In this document: positions 1-9,117 of the stretch, in pieces
How positions within the stretch are numbered: the stretch's first letter is position 1
How the letters are laid out: each line of letters opens with the position of its first letter
NCBI GenBank assembly: GCA_031431925.1
Contig: JANPEL010000118.1
Coordinates: forward strand, 1 to 56,667
Direction of reading: 5' to 3'
Source: Gemmatimonadota bacterium
GTDB lineage: Bacteria > Gemmatimonadota > Gemmatimonadetes > Gemmatimonadales > GWC2-71-9
DNA: 56,667 bases
Notes under the pieces: model-generated
The model's input: only the letters and a program-made list of their open reading frames with translations
What the model was told of the DNA's origin: nothing
Databases searched by the model: none
Made by a program: the position numbers and the translations under genes

Positions 1-733
1 GATCGACGCCTACCTGAACGACCTCATGCGAGACGACTCGGACCCGGAGACCAAAGCCTGGATCGCGTTCTCCGAACGACGGTTTCCGGACGCCCTGGGG
101 CTCTATGCCAAAGCTGTCGGCAAGAAACACGAAAATCCCGACGCCCATGAGGAGCGGGCCACGATCTTCTTCTTGCAACAGCAATACGACAGCGCCCAAA
201 GCGAACTCCGCCACGCCATTGCCGAGCACAAGAAGAAAGACGACAAGGATCGGGTCGTCGTGTACCAGCCGAAGGCCATGCTCGAGTTCAAACTCGCTAC
301 GGTCCACCTGCATCAGGGCAAACTGGAGGATGCCAAGGAAGCTCTGGGCCGGTCGTTGACCGAAGATCTCTCGTTCTATCCGGCCCACCTGACTTTGTCG
401 AACATCGCGCTGATCGAGAAGGATTCCGCGATGGCGATTCGGGAACTCGAACTGGCGGTCGAACTTGGGCCGTCGGATCCGCGCCCGTTGATGAGCCAGG
501 CGACGCTCTATCTCGCCCTCAACGACCCCGAGAAGGCCATCGCAGCGCTCACCAAGGTGGTTGAGATGAAACCGCTGTATGCCACGCCGCTCCGAATGCT
601 GGGCGATGCCGCGATCCGGAAGGGTGACAAAGCCGCCGCGCTCGCCTCCTACCAGAAGTTCCTCAAACTGACCATTCGGGGAGACCGCTCCGAGGCGGAC
701 GTCATGAAATTGGTGGCGGAGCTCAACCGATGA
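1..733 (+). CDS. TPR-repeat protein, 5' end probably outside the window
   Basis: Repeated TPR-like helices (AQSELRHAI, AKEALGRSL, AIAALTKVV, ALASYQKFL). The frame is open back to the window edge. The stop overlaps the next start (ATGA). Confidence 0.75.
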   Translation, partial: IDAYLNDLMRDDSDPETKAWIAFSERRFPDALGLYAKAVGKKHENPDAHEERATIFFLQQQYDSAQSELRHAIAEHKKKDDKDRVVVYQPKAMLEFKLATVHLHQGKLEDAKEALGRSLTEDLSFYPAHLTLSNIALIEKDSAMAIRELELAVELGPSDPRPLMSQATLYLALNDPEKAIAALTKVVEMKPLYATPLRMLGDAAIRKGDKAAALASYQKFLKLTIRGDRSEADVMKLVAELNR

Positions 734-2289
734 CCCGGCGGCTCGGCCGGGCGGTGATCGGAGCCGGGGTTGCCCTGGCGGTGGCGGCATCCGTGGCAAC
801 CGGGCAAGCCCAGCGTGCGCTCCGGAAGCCGACCATGGCGGAGGATCTCCAAATGTTCACCCAGGTGCTCAATCAGATCCGGGTCAACCATCCGGACTCG
901 ATTGACCCCCATCGGCTGATCATGGCCGCAATCGAAGGGATGGTCCACGCGGCCGACCCCCATTCCTATGTGCTCGAGGCCACCCGACTGGCGCCGGAGA
1001 AACTGGTGGCCCTTCAGGACGGCAAACTCCATCCTCTGCCGGTCGACTTCCGGTTCGTCGGCGGCGCGCCGGTGGTGCTCGCGGTGGCGCCGGGGACGAA
1101 GGCCGCACGCCTTGACATCCTGCCAGGCGACGAACTCATTGCCGTCGACGGCGCCGCGGTCAGTGCGCTCTCCGCCGACGAGCTCTCGGTTTCGCTCGCG
1201 GGGCCGAAGAACTCGGCGGTCACCCTGACGCTGGCCCGGCAACGGAGTGACGGCTCGTCGCTCGAGGTGATCCGGGAGGTCCGGCGGGAGCGAATCGAGT
1301 CGGAGGGGAACGCGGTCCCCGTGGCGTTGATGCTCGATCCGCAAACCGGCTACGTCCGGATCGCGACGTTCTCCAACGGCAAGGTCGCCGATCAGCTCCA
1401 TGCTGCGGTCGATAAACTCAAGTCGGCCGGGATGCGGCGGCTGGTGCTCGACTTGCGGGACAACGGGGGCGGACTCGTCAACCAGGCGGCCGACGTCGCC
1501 GGCGAATTCCTGCCGTCCGGGGCGGTGGTCTACACCGCGGAGACCCGGAAAGACAAACCCGATACCGTGAAGGTAAAGCGGTCGTTCTGGAAGAACGAAG
1601 ACCGGTATCCCTTGGTGGCCATGGTGAACGCGGGCACCGCGAGTGCCTCGGAGTTGGTGGCCGGCGCGCTCCAGGACCACGACCGCGCCGTGATCGTCGG
1701 CCGCCCAAGTTTCGGCAAATCCTTGATGATGCAGGGACTGCCCTTGCTGGACGGATCGGCGATCATGTTGGTCATCGGCCGGATCAAGACGCCGTGCGGC
1801 CGAACCGTCCAGCGGGAGTACCGGGGCATCACCCAGCGCGAATACTACCGTCTGGCCGCCGGTGCCCGGGACACGGTTGGACGCCCGAGTTGTACCACGG
1901 TCGGTGGACGCCGGGTGTTCGGCGGTGGCGGGATCTATCCCGATGTGGTGCTCCCGGTACCGGCCGATGCGCCGGCCTGGCTGGCGCGGGCCCTCGAGGA
2001 GGAGCTGCCGCTCAAATGGGCCGGCGGTTTCGCGACCGAGGTCGGCGTCCCATCGATCGACTCCTTGGTGGCCCAAGCGTCGTTGGCCCCGGCCGTTGTG
2101 AGCTTTCGAAAATTTGCCGCGACCAGGAACGTGGAACTCCCGGCAGGTGACGAGGCGGATCGGCGGCTTCGGGGCGTGCTCGCGCTGGCGCTGGCCGGCT
2201 TGAAATGGGGAGATGGCGGGTACTACCGGGTGTTGGTGGCCGGGGATCCGGGCGTGGCGGAGGCGGTTCGGGCGTTTCGGGCTCCGTGA
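730..2289 (+). CDS. S41 family C-terminal processing peptidase (CtpA/Prc-like) with PDZ domain
   Basis: Signal peptide, DPHS, PDZ (ILPGDELIAVDG), GYVRIATF, LDLRDNGGG, TASASELVAGALQDHDRAVIVG..SFGK, GGGIYPDV. Confidence 0.92.
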   Translation: MTRRLGRAVIGAGVALAVAASVATGQAQRALRKPTMAEDLQMFTQVLNQIRVNHPDSIDPHRLIMAAIEGMVHAADPHSYVLEATRLAPEKLVALQDGKLHPLPVDFRFVGGAPVVLAVAPGTKAARLDILPGDELIAVDGAAVSALSADELSVSLAGPKNSAVTLTLARQRSDGSSLEVIREVRRERIESEGNAVPVALMLDPQTGYVRIATFSNGKVADQLHAAVDKLKSAGMRRLVLDLRDNGGGLVNQAADVAGEFLPSGAVVYTAETRKDKPDTVKVKRSFWKNEDRYPLVAMVNAGTASASELVAGALQDHDRAVIVGRPSFGKSLMMQGLPLLDGSAIMLVIGRIKTPCGRTVQREYRGITQREYYRLAAGARDTVGRPSCTTVGGRRVFGGGGIYPDVVLPVPADAPAWLARALEEELPLKWAGGFATEVGVPSIDSLVAQASLAPAVVSFRKFAATRNVELPAGDEADRRLRGVLALALAGLKWGDGGYYRVLVAGDPGVAEAVRAFRAP

Positions 2290-2301
2290 TGAACGGCCCA
2301 A

Positions 2302-2340
2302 GGCGTGGCGGTTTCTCCGGCCTAGCGGAGCCGCCACGCC
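2302..2340. terminator. GC-rich hairpin between convergent genes, probable bidirectional terminator
   Basis: GGCGTGGCGG (2302-2311) pairs with CCGCCACGCC (2331-2340), and CTCCG pairs with CGGAG. The loop contains the stop codon of the minus-strand gene. There is no U-tract. Confidence 0.5.
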
Positions 2341-3740
2341 GCCAAGCCCGCCAGTTCGCCCCGGATATCCATCCGGACCCCCTCGAGCCTCCGGTTCATT
2401 CCCTGAACGCCCCGGGCGTGATAGAGAAAGGTGGCCGGCACCGAGTCACGAAACACCGGCACCAAGGCCCGGCCTTGTCCCCGCACCGACAGACCGGCCA
2501 CGTCGGCCACGGATCGAAGGTATCCCAATTGCGGATCTCCCGAGATCCCCATGACCGCCGCGTCGAAGTCGTGGGCCCCGTGAACTCGTTGGAGGAACGT
2601 GGCCAGTTCGACCTGCCGGATGGTGACCGTGACGCCGATCCGCGCCAGTTGCTGCTGGATCATCTGCTCCATGGCCGCCTCGCCGCTACCGACGGTGAGC
2701 AGTTCGAAGTTCCGGGGCGAACTGCCTAACATGGCCCGCCCGCGACCCGGAGCATAGAGGGGCGCCACGACCGGCCCCGGGCTCAACTCCGGCGGCAACG
2801 GCCCCGACGCCGGGACCCCGAATCCGAACAAATAGCCCGACACGATCGAGGACCGGTCGATGGCCAAGCCGATGGCTTTCCGAACCGCGACGTCGTCAAA
2901 CGGCGGCCGCCGGGTGTTGAACACGATGGCATAGCTGAACAACAGCGGGTAGTCGAGGACCCGGAGCCGCTTGTCCCGGCGGACAAATTCCGCGTGGGCC
3001 GGTTGAATCCCGGCTAGGTCGAGTTCGCCCGACACCAAGGCGGCCAGTTTCGTGGTCGGTTCGTCGACCACCGCCACCACCAGCCGTTGAATAGCCGGAG
3101 GGCCGCCGAGCCCGCGCGGGAAGGCCGGATTGGCTTCGAAGACCCAGCGGCGATTGGCCTCGTGGGTCACGAACCGAAAGGGGCCGTTCCCCACCGGCCG
3201 CGCGTTCCACCGGGCCCGCCGCATGTCGCCCGGTACGACGTCGCGGAGGAGGTGCCACGGCACGATGGCCAAGTCGGTGAAGACATCCGGGATCCGGTGC
3301 TGAGCCCTGGTAAAGCGGAGCAACACCGTGCTGTCGTTCCGCGCCACGAGATCCGCGAGATCCGACAGATCGGCCCGGCGCGGATAGCCGGTGGCGGAAT
3401 CGCGGGCGGTTTCGAGGGTGAACACCACGTCCCGCGCCGTCGTCGGCCGGCCATCGTGCCACCGAAGCCCGGTCACGAGCCCGAACGTCAGTTCGAGGCT
3501 ATCCGCCGACCAAGCCCAGTCCCGCGCCAGATAGGGCCGGACCACCAAGTTGCTGTCGTAGCGCACCAGGGTGGTGAGCAACGCATACCGTTGGACCTGT
3601 TTGGCCAACGGGTGCGAGGTCACCACGGAGTTCATGCTTTGGAGATCGGCCCCCGACGCGAGCACCACGGTGCCGTCCCGGCGGGCCTTGATCGGGCCGC
3701 ACGCGGCCAGGAGCACCAGAACCAGGGAGCGAAGGGGCAT
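2322..3740 (-). CDS. Peptide/nickel ABC transporter substrate-binding lipoprotein (SBP family 5)
   Basis: Lipobox LLAAC, LARDWAWSAD, WHDGRPTTARDVVFT, PVGNGPFRF, PPFDDVAVRKAIGLAIDR. Confidence 0.9.
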   Translation of the reverse strand: MPLRSLVLVLLAACGPIKARRDGTVVLASGADLQSMNSVVTSHPLAKQVQRYALLTTLVRYDSNLVVRPYLARDWAWSADSLELTFGLVTGLRWHDGRPTTARDVVFTLETARDSATGYPRRADLSDLADLVARNDSTVLLRFTRAQHRIPDVFTDLAIVPWHLLRDVVPGDMRRARWNARPVGNGPFRFVTHEANRRWVFEANPAFPRGLGGPPAIQRLVVAVVDEPTTKLAALVSGELDLAGIQPAHAEFVRRDKRLRVLDYPLLFSYAIVFNTRRPPFDDVAVRKAIGLAIDRSSIVSGYLFGFGVPASGPLPPELSPGPVVAPLYAPGRGRAMLGSSPRNFELLTVGSGEAAMEQMIQQQLARIGVTVTIRQVELATFLQRVHGAHDFDAAVMGISGDPQLGYLRSVADVAGLSVRGQGRALVPVFRDSVPATFLYHARGVQGMNRRLEGVRMDIRGELAGLAAWRLR

Positions 3741-3758
3741 GGCTGCAATTTAGATTCA
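3741..3758. promoter_or_regulatory. Putative bidirectional leaderless promoter
   Basis: Only 18 bp separate the divergent ATGs. TAGATT (+, 3751-3756) and TAAATT (-, 3747-3752) are both TANNNT hexamers and lie 5-6 nt from ATG codons. Confidence 0.45.
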
Positions 3759-4724
3759 ATGATGCCGCCAGGCTTTGTTTTCGGGATGATTCGCGCCCCG
3801 CTGGTGATTCTCGGCGTGGTCTCCCTCACCTTCCTGCTCCTCCATGCGGCCCCGGGCAGCCCGGTGTCGCACCTCTTGGGGCCGAGCGCGACTCCCGCGG
3901 ATATCGCGGTGATCGAGCGGTCGTTGGGGCTCGACCGGCCGGTGGCGGAGCAGTATCTCCGGTGGATCGGTCAAGCCGTGCAGGGCCGGTTCGGCGTGAG
4001 CATCGCCACCGGCCGCCCGGTGCTCGGGATGATCGCCGAGGCGTGGCCCGCCACCGTCATCCTGGTCGGCCTGTCGGTGTTCCTCGGGCATCTGTTCGGC
4101 ATCGGGATCGCCGCGGTCCAGGCCACGACCCGCCATCGGAGTGTCGACCGGTTCTGGTCCGTGGTGTCGGTGGTGTTGGCGGCACTGCCCGGCTACTGGC
4201 TGGCTTTTGCCCTGGTGATGGTGTTCACCTATACCCTGCGATGGCTCCCGGCCTTCGGGGCGGCCGGGATCGACTCCGATTTTCTCTCCCCCGGCGAACA
4301 ACTGGTCGACCGGTTGACCCATTTGGCGCTCCCGTTGGCGACGCTCACGTTGATCGGGATCGGGACCACCGCCCGCTACGCCCAAGGCACCCTCAAACGG
4401 GTGGCGGGCGACCCGTACCTGACCGTGGCGCGGGCCAAGGGAATCGGCCGGCTCCGGGTGCTGCTCCGTCACCACCTCCGGAACGGCCTGATTCCGGTGG
4501 TGGCCCTGCTGGGATTGTCCCTGCCGGCCCTGTTTTCCGGCGCGGTGTTCGTGGAAGGCGTGTTTGCCTGGCCCGGCGTGGGCAGTGTCCTGATTCACGC
4601 GGTCCAGGCCCGGGATTATCCGGTCGTCATGGCGGCCACCACGGTGAGTGCCGTGCTGGTGGTGTTAGGCAGCGTGGTGGCGGAGGCGCTCCTCCACCGG
4701 GTCGACCCGAGGACCCGCCGGTGA
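3759..4724 (+). CDS. Peptide ABC transporter permease (DppB/OppB-like)
   Basis: LGLDRPVAEQYLRW, HLALP, ARAKG EAA loop, HHLRNGLIP, VEGVFAWPGVG, RDYPVV. Start at ATG 3759 or 3762. Confidence 0.9.
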   Translation: MMPPGFVFGMIRAPLVILGVVSLTFLLLHAAPGSPVSHLLGPSATPADIAVIERSLGLDRPVAEQYLRWIGQAVQGRFGVSIATGRPVLGMIAEAWPATVILVGLSVFLGHLFGIGIAAVQATTRHRSVDRFWSVVSVVLAALPGYWLAFALVMVFTYTLRWLPAFGAAGIDSDFLSPGEQLVDRLTHLALPLATLTLIGIGTTARYAQGTLKRVAGDPYLTVARAKGIGRLRVLLRHHLRNGLIPVVALLGLSLPALFSGAVFVEGVFAWPGVGSVLIHAVQARDYPVVMAATTVSAVLVVLGSVVAEALLHRVDPRTRR

Positions 4725-5554
4725 GCCGGACCGGCCGGCTCGGCCTGGTGATGCTGGGGGCGTTTGCTGCCGCGGCGGTGCTGGCCCCGTGGCTGGTGAC
4801 GGTCGGGCCGTCCGATACGACCGACATCATCTTGACCCGGTTCCTGCCACCCGGCACCGTCGACGACTTCGGGATCTTCCATGTCTTCGGAACCGATCGG
4901 TTGGGCCGGGATGTCTGGAGTCGGTTGGTGTTCGGGGCCAGGATTTCGCTGGCCGTGGCGCTGCTCGCCACCGCCGTGTCGGTCGGGGTCGGGATCACGA
5001 TCGGCGGGCTCTCGGCCCTGGCGCCCCGGCCGGTTACCTCGGTTCTCCTTGGGATCACCGATTTCGCGCTGGCGTTGCCCCGGGTGGTCGTGTTGCTGTT
5101 GCTCGCGGCGCTCTGGCAGCCGAGTGCGGCGCTCGTCGTCCTCACGTTGGGGTTGACGGGGTGGATGCCGGTGGCCCGGCTTACTTATGCCGAGACCCTG
5201 AGTCACCTCGACCGGCCCTACGCTGAGGGGTCGCGGGCGCTCGGCGCGGGGCCGATTCGGTTGTTTCTGACGCACCTGCTTCCCAACGTGGCACCGCCGC
5301 TCCTCGCCGCCACCACGTTAGGTTTGGGCAACGCGATCACGCTCGAGGCCGGATTGTCGTTCTTGGGGCTCGGGGTTCAGCCACCGGCCACCTCGTGGGG
5401 CACCTTGATCGCTTCGGGACGCGACACCGTCGTCAATGCGCCTTGGGTCGGCCTGGTGCCGGGCGTGGCCTTGGTATTGGTCGTGGTCTCGGCCACCTTG
5501 GTAGCCGACGGATTCGAGACCAGCTCGGCGACGGAGGCGGCCAGGGTACGATGA
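4721..5554 (+). CDS. Peptide ABC transporter permease (DppC/OppC-like)
   Basis: FGTDRLGRDVWSRLVFGARISL, HLLPNV, EAGLSFLGLG, SWG. GTGA overlap with the upstream permease. Confidence 0.9.
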   Translation: MSRTGRLGLVMLGAFAAAAVLAPWLVTVGPSDTTDIILTRFLPPGTVDDFGIFHVFGTDRLGRDVWSRLVFGARISLAVALLATAVSVGVGITIGGLSALAPRPVTSVLLGITDFALALPRVVVLLLLAALWQPSAALVVLTLGLTGWMPVARLTYAETLSHLDRPYAEGSRALGAGPIRLFLTHLLPNVAPPLLAATTLGLGNAITLEAGLSFLGLGVQPPATSWGTLIASGRDTVVNAPWVGLVPGVALVLVVVSATLVADGFETSSATEAARVR

Positions 5555-7413
5555 AAACCAAAATGCCGCTGCTGGCCGTGGGCCTGGTCGTCCTGACCTT
5601 CCTGGCTTTCTACCCGATCCTTAACGCCGGTTTCACCAACTGGGACGACCCGGCCCTGGTTACCCAAAACACCAGCATCACCGGACTGTCGTGGTCGCAT
5701 TGGGTCACATTCTTCACGACCTTCATCGAAAAACACTACCATCCGCTGGTCATGGTCTCCTACGCGATCGACTATCGGCTCTTCGGTCTCGATCCCCTTG
5801 GATTTCATCTGACGAACCTCGGGATTCACCTCGTCAGTACCGTCCTCGTGTTCTGGCTTTTTTCGGCCCTCAGCCAGAACTTGAGCGTGGGGTTCGTGAC
5901 CGCGGCACTGTTCGGCTGGCACCCGATGCATGTCGAGTCGGTGGCTTGGGTCGCGGAGCGCAAGGACGTCCTCTACGCTGGGTTCTTCTGGGCGGCACTC
6001 CTCAGTCACGTGTACTACGTCCGCCGGAAGCAGCGGTCGTACTACTGGCTGTGCCTGGGGCTGTTTGTTCTGTCGCTCCTTTCCAAGTCGATGGCCGTAA
6101 CGCTTCCGGCCGTGTTGCTGCTATTGGATTGGGTCCTCTCGAAGAAGATCGACCGATCCGCAATCATCGAGAAGTTGCCTCATGTCGCCCTCTCGCTCGG
6201 GTTCGCGGTCGTCACCATGATGGGGCACTACCAGCCCGGGGCAAGCGGGGGCACGGGGTCGTCGTTCTCCTGGGTCCGGCACATCCGGTTGGCGTTCGAG
6301 AACCTGATGTTCTATGTCGTCAAATTCGTCGCCCCGATCAACCTTGCGGCGCTCTACCCCAGGCCGCGAGAACTGGGCGATGGTTCTGCCCTGCTTTACG
6401 CTTGGTCGCCACTCCTCCTCGTCTTGCTCGGCGCCGCGGCCTATCGAGTCGTGCGACCCTCAAAACCGGCGACGTTCGGGCTCCTGTTCTTTTTCGTCAC
6501 CTTTTTTCCCGTGAGCCAAATTGTCCCCATCGGCCTCGCGTTCCCAGCGGACCGGTATACCTACGTTCCGTACGTCGGCCTGTTCTTCGCCCTGCTATCC
6601 CTGATGGAATCACACCTGGCCGGCGACCGGAGGGCTGGGCGCCGGTTGGCGGCCAGCGGGTTTCTGGTGCTCGTTCTGGCGGCGAGTTGGTGGTCGACCT
6701 TCCAGCGAGTGAAGGTCTGGAACGACAGTGCGACTCTGTGGGAGGACTCCTTGTCCAAGTACCCCACGGCGAGGGCCTATCAGAGCCTCGGCGTGGAATA
6801 CCTCTCGGTGAAACGCGATCTTCGTGGGGCCCAGGCGCTCTTTTCAAAAGCGATCGCCGCCAACCCGAAACTCGCCACGGCCTGGCTCAACCGCGGCGTG
6901 GTGTACGCCCGCCAGCGCGACTACGACCAAGCGATCACCAACTACACCGAAGCGGAAAGACTCGACCCCACCCTCGTCGATACGTACCTGAACCGGGGAA
7001 TCGCGTACGCGACGATCGGGAGGCCTGAGCTCGCGATCAACGATTACTCAAGAGCCCTGACCCTCCGGCCTGGAGACACCGATCTTTGGTTCAACCGGGG
7101 CAATGCCTACCTGGGGATGCGGCGGTTCGACCGTGCCATCGCGGACTTCACGGAGGTTTTGAGGTTGGGGGACAATTTTGCGGCTCGCCTGAACCGCGGC
7201 AACGCCTACTGGTCGGTCGGCAATTGGAACAGGGCGTTCGATGACTTCACCGCAGCGATCCAACTTCAGCCAACCTCAGCCGATGCCTACTATGCCCGGG
7301 CGCGGATCTACTTGAAACATGGTCAGCCCAACGCCGGGATGGCCGATGCCCGGAAGGCGCAGTCCCTCGGCCTCAAGATCTCCGACCAGGAACTGGCAGC
7401 CCTCCGTCCGTGA
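5551..7413 (+). CDS. TMTC-like GT-C membrane glycosyltransferase with C-terminal TPR repeats
   Basis: GFTNWDD acidic motif, YHPL, HPMHVESVAWVAERKDVL, LLSKSMAVTLP, ADRYTYVP, then about 6 TPR units (AWLNRG..Y, AIADFTE). ATGA overlap with the permease. Confidence 0.8.
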   Translation: MKTKMPLLAVGLVVLTFLAFYPILNAGFTNWDDPALVTQNTSITGLSWSHWVTFFTTFIEKHYHPLVMVSYAIDYRLFGLDPLGFHLTNLGIHLVSTVLVFWLFSALSQNLSVGFVTAALFGWHPMHVESVAWVAERKDVLYAGFFWAALLSHVYYVRRKQRSYYWLCLGLFVLSLLSKSMAVTLPAVLLLLDWVLSKKIDRSAIIEKLPHVALSLGFAVVTMMGHYQPGASGGTGSSFSWVRHIRLAFENLMFYVVKFVAPINLAALYPRPRELGDGSALLYAWSPLLLVLLGAAAYRVVRPSKPATFGLLFFFVTFFPVSQIVPIGLAFPADRYTYVPYVGLFFALLSLMESHLAGDRRAGRRLAASGFLVLVLAASWWSTFQRVKVWNDSATLWEDSLSKYPTARAYQSLGVEYLSVKRDLRGAQALFSKAIAANPKLATAWLNRGVVYARQRDYDQAITNYTEAERLDPTLVDTYLNRGIAYATIGRPELAINDYSRALTLRPGDTDLWFNRGNAYLGMRRFDRAIADFTEVLRLGDNFAARLNRGNAYWSVGNWNRAFDDFTAAIQLQPTSADAYYARARIYLKHGQPNAGMADARKAQSLGLKISDQELAALRP

Positions 7414-7422
7414 GACCGGACC

Positions 7423-7734
7423 CTAGCTCTTGGCGGCCTGGGCCAGCCGGTTGTAGACGCCACCGATCACCCACCCAACACCGTATCCGGTCACAAAACC
7501 GTAGACGAAACCGATGAAGGCGCCGCCGGTGGTGACCCGGTAGCCGGGAAAGAAGACCGCCAGCAGTCCCAGATGTTCGCCGACGTGCTCGCCGCCTTTG
7601 ATGACCAGGAACAGAGTAGCGGCGAAGAGACCGAGTCCGCCCAGCAATCCGAATGCGATGCCCCACGCCGTGGCATTGAGCCGCAGCACGGCTTGGTTGA
7701 GCCCGGCAGGCACGTCGTGGTTCGGATGGGACAT
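7423..7734 (-). CDS. Small uncharacterised membrane protein (paralog of 7761-8108)
   Basis: GGAGG RBS upstream of ATG 7734. Gly-rich hydrophobic segments and the motif LGLLAVFFPGYRVT.GAFIG. Confidence 0.75.
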   Translation of the reverse strand: MSHPNHDVPAGLNQAVLRLNATAWGIAFGLLGGLGLFAATLFLVIKGGEHVGEHLGLLAVFFPGYRVTTGGAFIGFVYGFVTGYGVGWVIGGVYNRLAQAAKS

Positions 7735-7760
7735 GGTCGTACCTCCGCTCAGGTGGTCGG

Positions 7761-8108
7761 TTAGATGTGATCCAGGAAATCCCGGGTCCGGTCCAGCTCG
7801 GCGCGGGACCGGATCATCAGCAGCATCACGGCCAAGGCAAGATTCCTGGCAAAGGCCAGGAACCACCCCAGGACAAAACCCGTGAAACCCGCCCACGCGG
7901 CGCCGATGAGGGCGCCTCGCCACGAAACCGTGTAGCCGTAAAAGACCTGGGCAAGCAGGCCGAGATCGAAGCCGGGCTCCGGAGCGCGAATCAAGTACAC
8001 TGCCGTCACCAAGAACGTCAGCGTGGCCGCCGCGACGCCGACGGCGGCACCAAGCGCCGTCTTGTGGAGCGGGGCGAACGCCAACAGGGTTCGGTCGGGG
8101 CTACTCAT
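7761..8108 (-). CDS. Small uncharacterised membrane protein (paralog of 7423-7734)
   Basis: Motif LGLLAQVFYGYTVSWRGALIG. Overlaps the end of the upstream GT2 gene. Confidence 0.75.
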   Translation of the reverse strand: MSSPDRTLLAFAPLHKTALGAAVGVAAATLTFLVTAVYLIRAPEPGFDLGLLAQVFYGYTVSWRGALIGAAWAGFTGFVLGWFLAFARNLALAVMLLMIRSRAELDRTRDFLDHI

Positions 8109-9117
8109 GGCGAATCACCCCCCCAAGATAGATCGGGACAGCCACGGACACCGCCAGCGCATTCGACAGATAGTACCAGAGGTGGAGCGGCACCGCCGCC
8201 ACGGCAATCCGAATGCCCTGCTCGGCCGCGAACCACCGGTACACCGCCAGATTCGAGGCGGCCAGGACCGCGAGCAAGCCGAGGGCCAGCCAGGCAAAGC
8301 CCGGGTCGGACCGGAGGACGGCCAGAGCCCCCGCCGCCCAGACGGCCCCCGCCACGAGAACTCGGCGTTGCTCGTTCGGCGAGATGTTGAGGGTCGGAGA
8401 GCGCCGGCCCCGTCGTTCGAGCAGGAGCCGGGTCCAGGGAATCGCCCGGTCCCGGAAATCGGTCACCACCATCCGCCCAAGCGTCCACCCTTTGAGGTGG
8501 GTGGCTTGAATCTCGGGATCGAGCATGATGACCGCTCCGGCATCCCGCAAGCGGTATCCAAATTCGATGTCCTCGATTTGGGGACGGGGATATCGCTCGG
8601 CGTCGAATCCGCCGGCGAGCCGAAACCGATCGGCCCGGACCCCGCCGAGACCGGCCCAGAACGTTTCGGCCGGCCCGGCCCCGGACAGATGGACGTATCG
8701 GTGGAGCAGATTTCGATATCGTGACACCAGCCCGGGATGGGCCGGTGCCGCGTCATAGGTGCCGAAGATAGCAACCGCCAGAGGATGGCTCTCGACGCTT
8801 TGCCAGAATCGCCGGAGGGTGTCCGGTCTGGCCCGAACGTCGGCGTCGATGAACAACAGCCAGTCCCCGCGCGCCACGGCCACGCCGGCATTCCGGGCCC
8901 CCGCCGGTCCCATGGGAGCGCCCGCCAAGCGGACGACCCGGTCGGCGACCCGGTCGGCGATCGCCGCACTCTCATCGGTGCTCCCGTCATCCACCACCAG
9001 CAGTTCCCAGTCGACCCCGGGGGGTGCCGCGGTGCGGAGCGCGCCGAGGGTCTCGGCGAGGTAGCCTGCCGCCTGATGGACGGGAACGATGACCGAGAGC
9101 CGGGGCCCGTCACCCAT
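8101..9117 (-). CDS. GT2 family glycosyltransferase with C-terminal membrane helices
   Basis: LSVIVPV, LVVDDGSTD, GPAGARNAG, LLFIDAD, EDIEFGYRL. Start set at ATG 9117, overlapping the upstream gene. Confidence 0.9.
   Translation of the reverse strand: MGDGPRLSVIVPVHQAAGYLAETLGALRTAAPPGVDWELLVVDDGSTDESAAIADRVADRVVRLAGAPMGPAGARNAGVAVARGDWLLFIDADVRARPDTLRRFWQSVESHPLAVAIFGTYDAAPAHPGLVSRYRNLLHRYVHLSGAGPAETFWAGLGGVRADRFRLAGGFDAERYPRPQIEDIEFGYRLRDAGAVIMLDPEIQATHLKGWTLGRMVVTDFRDRAIPWTRLLLERRGRRSPTLNISPNEQRRVLVAGAVWAAGALAVLRSDPGFAWLALGLLAVLAASNLAVYRWFAAEQGIRIAVAAVPLHLWYYLSNALAVSVAVPIYLGGVIRHE

Noticed and set aside
649-2337. 562-aa minus-strand ORF and similar long antisense ORFs (24638-25726, 45711-47123, 53087-54514)
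   Set aside because: These are shadows of well-supported genes on the opposite strand in high-GC DNA and carry no protein motifs.
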